A DNA stretch of 64,000 nt, taken from assembly GCA_013361065.1 (NCBI GenBank), contig JABWAK010000001.1:4547-68546 (forward strand). The letters are read 5' to 3'. This document shows positions 60,866 through 64,000 of this stretch, piece by piece. A program made the position numbers and the translations under genes. This stretch comes from Bacteroidota bacterium. GTDB taxonomy: Bacteria > Bacteroidota > Ignavibacteria > UBA10030 > UBA8401. The notes below the pieces were generated by a model that worked only from the letters and a program-made list of their open reading frames with translations, ran no database searches and was not told the DNA's origin. How positions within the stretch are numbered: the stretch's first letter is position 1; each line of letters opens with the position of its first letter.

Positions 60866-61618
60866 ATGAGATCCACCGCTTCGATGTTGCTGACCGCTTG
60901 TTCGGCCCTGGTCCTGGCCGCCGGATGCTCCGGGCTCTCCGTCTCCTCCGGCAGGCCCGGGACTGATTACATCTATTCGTATTCCATGCTGCAACCGGAA
61001 CAGAAGAAGGAGCTGGTGTACAGCGACGGCAGCATCTCTGCCACCTTCACCATCGATGCCGCGGCGGTGATCTTCGATCTGCATAACCTCACCGACCAGC
61101 AGCTCTCCATCGTCTGGGAGCGGGTATCGCTGGGGGTGAACCGGAGGACCTACTCCGTGCGGAACGTGAACACCTTCTATTCGATGGGGCACGCCACGCC
61201 GCAGCCGCTGGTGGTGCCGCCGCAGGGATTCCTGCGCGAGACGGTGATCCCGTGGCAGCATGTGAATTATGAGAACGGCGCGTGGAAGGAACGGGACCTG
61301 TTCCCGACCAATGACAGCGGAACGCAGCGCCTGAAGGGGATGATCGAACGGAGCGCCGGGAGCGAGATCACACTGGTGCTGCCGCTGAGGATCGGGAAGG
61401 TGGTGATGGATTATACGTTCATCTTCAAGGTCGACTCGGTCACACCGCTCCCGCCCGGCACGGCGCTGCCTGAGAGGGAACGCCCGCCGATGCCGGATGC
61501 TCCAATGTACGAACTCTCCATCCTGCAGGGATACCTGCCGGTGATGATCTCCGCCGGCATCCTTGCGGCATCGGTGATCATCTTCACGCAGAAGAAGACA
61601 CCTGCCGAAGGGTTCTGA
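60866..61618 (+). CDS. Hypothetical lipoprotein with C-terminal TM helix
   Basis: 250 aa. MRSTASMLLTACSALVLAAGCSG (lipobox). C-terminal LPVMISAGILAASVIIFTQKK. No recognised domain. Confidence 0.7.
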   Translation: MRSTASMLLTACSALVLAAGCSGLSVSSGRPGTDYIYSYSMLQPEQKKELVYSDGSISATFTIDAAAVIFDLHNLTDQQLSIVWERVSLGVNRRTYSVRNVNTFYSMGHATPQPLVVPPQGFLRETVIPWQHVNYENGAWKERDLFPTNDSGTQRLKGMIERSAGSEITLVLPLRIGKVVMDYTFIFKVDSVTPLPPGTALPERERPPMPDAPMYELSILQGYLPVMISAGILAASVIIFTQKKTPAEGF

Positions 61619-61676
61619 AATACGAACGCCGGTCACCGGACCGGCATTCAGGGACACACCTCAACAGCCAACGTAG

Positions 61677-62099
61677 TTACCGCTGGTCCGTTAACCACGC
61701 CATCGCATATCCCAGATCACGGAAGACCCTCACTTCGTAGTCCATGTCACTCCTCTGCCCTTCCCACATACGGAACATCCCGTACATCATATCATTGCCG
61801 GCCACCATTCCCACCTTCCCGCCGGACAGTTCTGCGGACCGGGTGAGTACGTAGGCGGCGAGCTTCCATTGCCCCTGCACCGTGACCGCCATATCGGTCA
61901 CACCGCGTGCATCGATCAATTCACGCCACGGCTTCGCCACTTGATTGAAATCGGTACATTTATAATAGTCGAGCAGTTCGTCATCGGTCACCCGTCCCGT
62001 CAGAGAGGTGACGATCATACCAGCGTTGTACGAGAATTGGATCGGCATGCAGTATCGGGTCGTTCGGGGAAGAGAATTGTTCGGAACGAAGTTCTTCAT
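61677..62099 (-). CDS. Hypothetical cytoplasmic protein (start uncertain)
   Basis: Last ORF of the co-directional MauE/Yip1 cluster. Possible starts are TTG at 62117, ATG at 62099 and ATG at 62048, none with a clear SD. The sequence (..GMIVTSLTGRVTDDELLDYY...LIDARGVTDMAV...GGKVGMVAGNDMMYGMFRM..) loosely suggests a STAS/SpoIIAA-like fold; this is a guess. Confidence 0.5.
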   Translation of the reverse strand: MKNFVPNNSLPRTTRYCMPIQFSYNAGMIVTSLTGRVTDDELLDYYKCTDFNQVAKPWRELIDARGVTDMAVTVQGQWKLAAYVLTRSAELSGGKVGMVAGNDMMYGMFRMWEGQRSDMDYEVRVFRDLGYAMAWLTDQR

Positions 62100-62132
62100 T
62101 GAAGGAGTGAAAAGCAACAGGAATATTCCGTA

Positions 62133-62576
62133 TCACGGACCAAAAGGGCCGCATTGTTGTTGCTGCGGATCCCGGGGACCACGGGCCGTGATGGCGAGAA
62201 GGACGAGCAGAAGGATGTTGCGCAGCATGGTCCATCGATCGATGATCCCTCCCGATGAAGCAGCACCGAAGCACCCGCAAGCGATATCGATGCCGCGCAG
62301 GAGTGCACTGACGATTGCTATTGTGAAGACCCCCACAAGACAGAACAGCACAACAGCGTTCCGTCGCGGCGAGATCCCCAGCATCATCATCATACCGCAC
62401 ACGATCTCGATTCCGGTGATGGACACCGCCACCGCCAACGACCAGCCGTGCGGCGTCAGATCGAACTCGGAAATGACGGCTGCGAACGAACCGACGTCCG
62501 CGCCCTTGAACAGACCGCTCAAAAGGAAGAACGTGCCGAGGGAGATGTGGAAGATGCGGCGGATGAGCCGGTTCAT
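62133..62576 (-). CDS. MauE/DoxX-family redox-associated membrane protein
   Basis: 147 aa with 4 TM helices and the hallmark DIACGCFG motif of MauE-like proteins. The ATG overlaps the upstream stop (ATGA). Confidence 0.8.
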   Translation of the reverse strand: MNRLIRRIFHISLGTFFLLSGLFKGADVGSFAAVISEFDLTPHGWSLAVAVSITGIEIVCGMMMMLGISPRRNAVVLFCLVGVFTIAIVSALLRGIDIACGCFGAASSGGIIDRWTMLRNILLLVLLAITARGPRDPQQQQCGPFGP

Positions 62577-63271
62577 CCTATCGTCCCGGCCAGGAGACGC
62601 TGGGTGATGATCACCATGGAAGCCTCGAACGCAACTCCGGTCACCCAGAGACCGATCGCAATGCCGTAAGCCTGTCTGTTCGTGATCGATGCGGTCACAC
62701 AGAGTCCCGTTGCAAGCACCATGGTATACCAGACGGTGAACGGATTCACGGCACTCAGCACGGTATACCAGACCCTGTGCCGGTCCCTCTCCGGAAGCAG
62801 CAGATCAAGCCCCGGAACGGTCTGCAGATCCATGCTGCTCCGGATCTGTTCCAGCCCCCGCAAATGCAGCAGGAGGAGTGTCATGATGGACATGACGGCA
62901 AAGACCATCTGAGCACAGATGACGACGGCGAAGACCGTCCGGAACGGGACCGCTGAACCGGACAGACCGCGGACCGCCGCGAACAGGAGCAGCGAAACGA
63001 TCCCCCACCGCACGATCCGTTCCACCGGGACCAGGGCGATGCCGATCATCCGCATCTCCCGTGTTGCCGCAACGGCCTGTGCCGCAGTGCTGCTGTCCGG
63101 GGTCCGGCCGAGCGTCAGCATCACTGCCCGTTCTGTGAACGGAATGGAAAGCCAGGCAGATGCCATGGAAACGGCACAGATGATGATGAACGGTGCCATC
63201 CAACCGGGACGCTCCCCGGCTTCACGGAAGAATTGTGTCGGATGGAACAACAGCTGTACGATCGGATGCAT
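62573..63271 (-). CDS. Yip1-domain multi-pass membrane protein
   Basis: 232 aa. N-terminal LLFHPTQFFREAGERPGWMAPFIIICAV, followed by ~5 TM helices, is typical of bacterial Yip1/YIPF-like proteins. AAAAGGAGG lies 7 nt upstream of the ATG. Confidence 0.7.
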   Translation of the reverse strand: MHPIVQLLFHPTQFFREAGERPGWMAPFIIICAVSMASAWLSIPFTERAVMLTLGRTPDSSTAAQAVAATREMRMIGIALVPVERIVRWGIVSLLLFAAVRGLSGSAVPFRTVFAVVICAQMVFAVMSIMTLLLLHLRGLEQIRSSMDLQTVPGLDLLLPERDRHRVWYTVLSAVNPFTVWYTMVLATGLCVTASITNRQAYGIAIGLWVTGVAFEASMVIITQRLLAGTIG

Positions 63272-63325
63272 GCGAACGCCTCCTTTTCAACAGAGAGAAG
63301 AATGAAACGGTGCTCTATTAAAGAT

Positions 63326-63353
63326 GCGGGGACCGCGTTCCTTCGGTCCCCGC
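63326..63353 (-). terminator. GC-rich hairpin between the small peptide gene and the Yip1 gene (terminator/attenuator)
   Basis: Perfect 10-bp stem (gcggggaccg / cggtccccgc) with an 8-nt loop. On the minus strand it is followed by ATCTTTAAT (weak U-tract). Confidence 0.5.
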
Positions 63354-63367
63354 TGCGCACGAAGTGA

Positions 63368-63619
63368 TCAGGCGCCGTTCTCAACGGAAAGACAATACGC
63401 GGTGAGCCCGGCACAGATCAACGATGCCCACCAGACGGGTCCGATGGCGCTGATGCACGACAGCAGCAGAGCCGTACATTCCACGACATCCTTCCCGCCC
63501 ACCACGGATTCCATCTGCACGGCGGTAAGGGGCTGCGACTGCGGCGGTGCGGACAGGAGTGGTGCGGCGCTTGTCAGGAGAAGCACGACCATCATCAGGA
63601 TGCTGATCGATTGTTTCAT
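63368..63619 (-). CDS. Small Cys-containing hydrophobic peptide/protein (83 aa) with double-glycine-type motif
   Basis: GAGGAGG lies 5 nt upstream of the ATG, and third codon positions are G/C-rich. The product is MKQSISILMMVVLLLTSAAPLLSAPPQSQPLTAVQMESVVGG-KDVVECTALLLSCISAIGPVWWASLICAGLTAYCLSVENGA. Confidence 0.65.
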   Translation of the reverse strand: MKQSISILMMVVLLLTSAAPLLSAPPQSQPLTAVQMESVVGGKDVVECTALLLSCISAIGPVWWASLICAGLTAYCLSVENGA

Positions 63620-63844
63620 GGGATCCTCCTCGGATAGTGTTGATAGGTTTTCGTGAATGGTCCCCGCACAGCAGCGGTCCGTTCGCCCATGTCAACACCT
63701 CCGCCGCGGCGGGGACCGAGCCGGCGCGGGACGATATCGTGCATGGGCGAACCTGCGGTGGCAGGGAAAAGAAGCTTGGCGGACCGGCAGCGCCGCCGGT
63801 CATGGTCGGGATGAAACGTCAGGGCGAGAAAGGAGCGGCGATGG

Positions 63845-64000
63845 TCACCGCTTCCAGAGATAACTGAGCGTGACCGCTTTTGCGGCAGCGTCGAACAGGA
63901 GCAGCTGGACCGTCACCGAACCGCGCTCCCACACGCGGCGCTTGCCGAGCATCGGCAGGGTCGATTCGGATGTCGGTTCACCGAGCCGCCGCGTCACATC
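63845..64000 (-). CDS. 3' end of an unidentified gene running off the window
   Basis: Open frame from the window edge to TGA at 63845-63847 (..GEPTSESTLPMLGKRRVWERGSVTVQLLLFDAAAKAVTLSYLWKR*). Not in the ORF track because it has no start. Function unknown. Confidence 0.35.
   Translation of the reverse strand, partial: DVTRRLGEPTSESTLPMLGKRRVWERGSVTVQLLLFDAAAKAVTLSYLWKR

Noticed and set aside
63381-63867. ORFs of 68-140 aa upstream of and overlapping the small peptide gene (63381-63803 minus, 63637-63867 plus, 63324-63656 plus).
   Set aside because: Their translations are Arg/Gly/Pro/Ala-rich and typical of off-frame GC-rich sequence. They overlap the well-supported peptide gene or each other, and they lack SD sequences.

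Overview
GC-rich bacterial chromosomal window with no rRNA, tRNA, CRISPR array, transposase, integrase or phage gene that I could recognise. It spans the replication-origin neighbourhood. On the minus strand the order is gyrA, gyrB, DUF721(DciA-like), recF, dnaN, dnaA. These diverge from rpmH-rnpA-yidD-yidC on the plus strand, and DnaA-box clusters lie on both sides of dnaA. Five proteins end in a T9SS type-A sorting domain (..NYPNPFNP..T.I.F......V.L.VYD..GR.V......G.Y.YRL......KM.L.K), which suggests an FCB-group organism (Ignavibacteria/Chlorobi/Bacteroidota-like). That placement is inference only. Other content: glycoside hydrolases (GH30, GH97), a CotH-like protein with three lamin-tail domains, and a ~2,437-aa soluble multi-PAS/GAF histidine kinase. 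Housekeeping and stress genes include mlaFED-like, slyD, dinB, yebC-family, SPFH, an M28 peptidase, msrA/OsmC and GNAT/VOC enzymes. The least explained items are: (1) at 61.7-63.7 kb, a strongly SD-driven 83-codon gene. Its product has a hydrophobic N-terminus, a double-glycine-type motif and a 2x(C-x6-C) hydrophobic core. It has its own hairpin and is followed by Yip1-domain and MauE-type membrane proteins. (2) Directly after gyrA, a lipoprotein plus two tandem paralogous coiled-coil, C-terminally anchored exported proteins plus a tiny protein, with interlocking GGACGTCACA repeats. (3) A ~120-aa Lys/Ala/Pro-rich histone-H1-like tail on GyrA. (4) A ~170-bp higher-order tandem repeat carrying near-consensus sigma70-like promoters, with dispersed relatives. 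(5) A 460-bp hairpin- and repeat-dense non-coding region. Because of the high GC there are many long shadow ORFs antisense to real genes. I rejected these.
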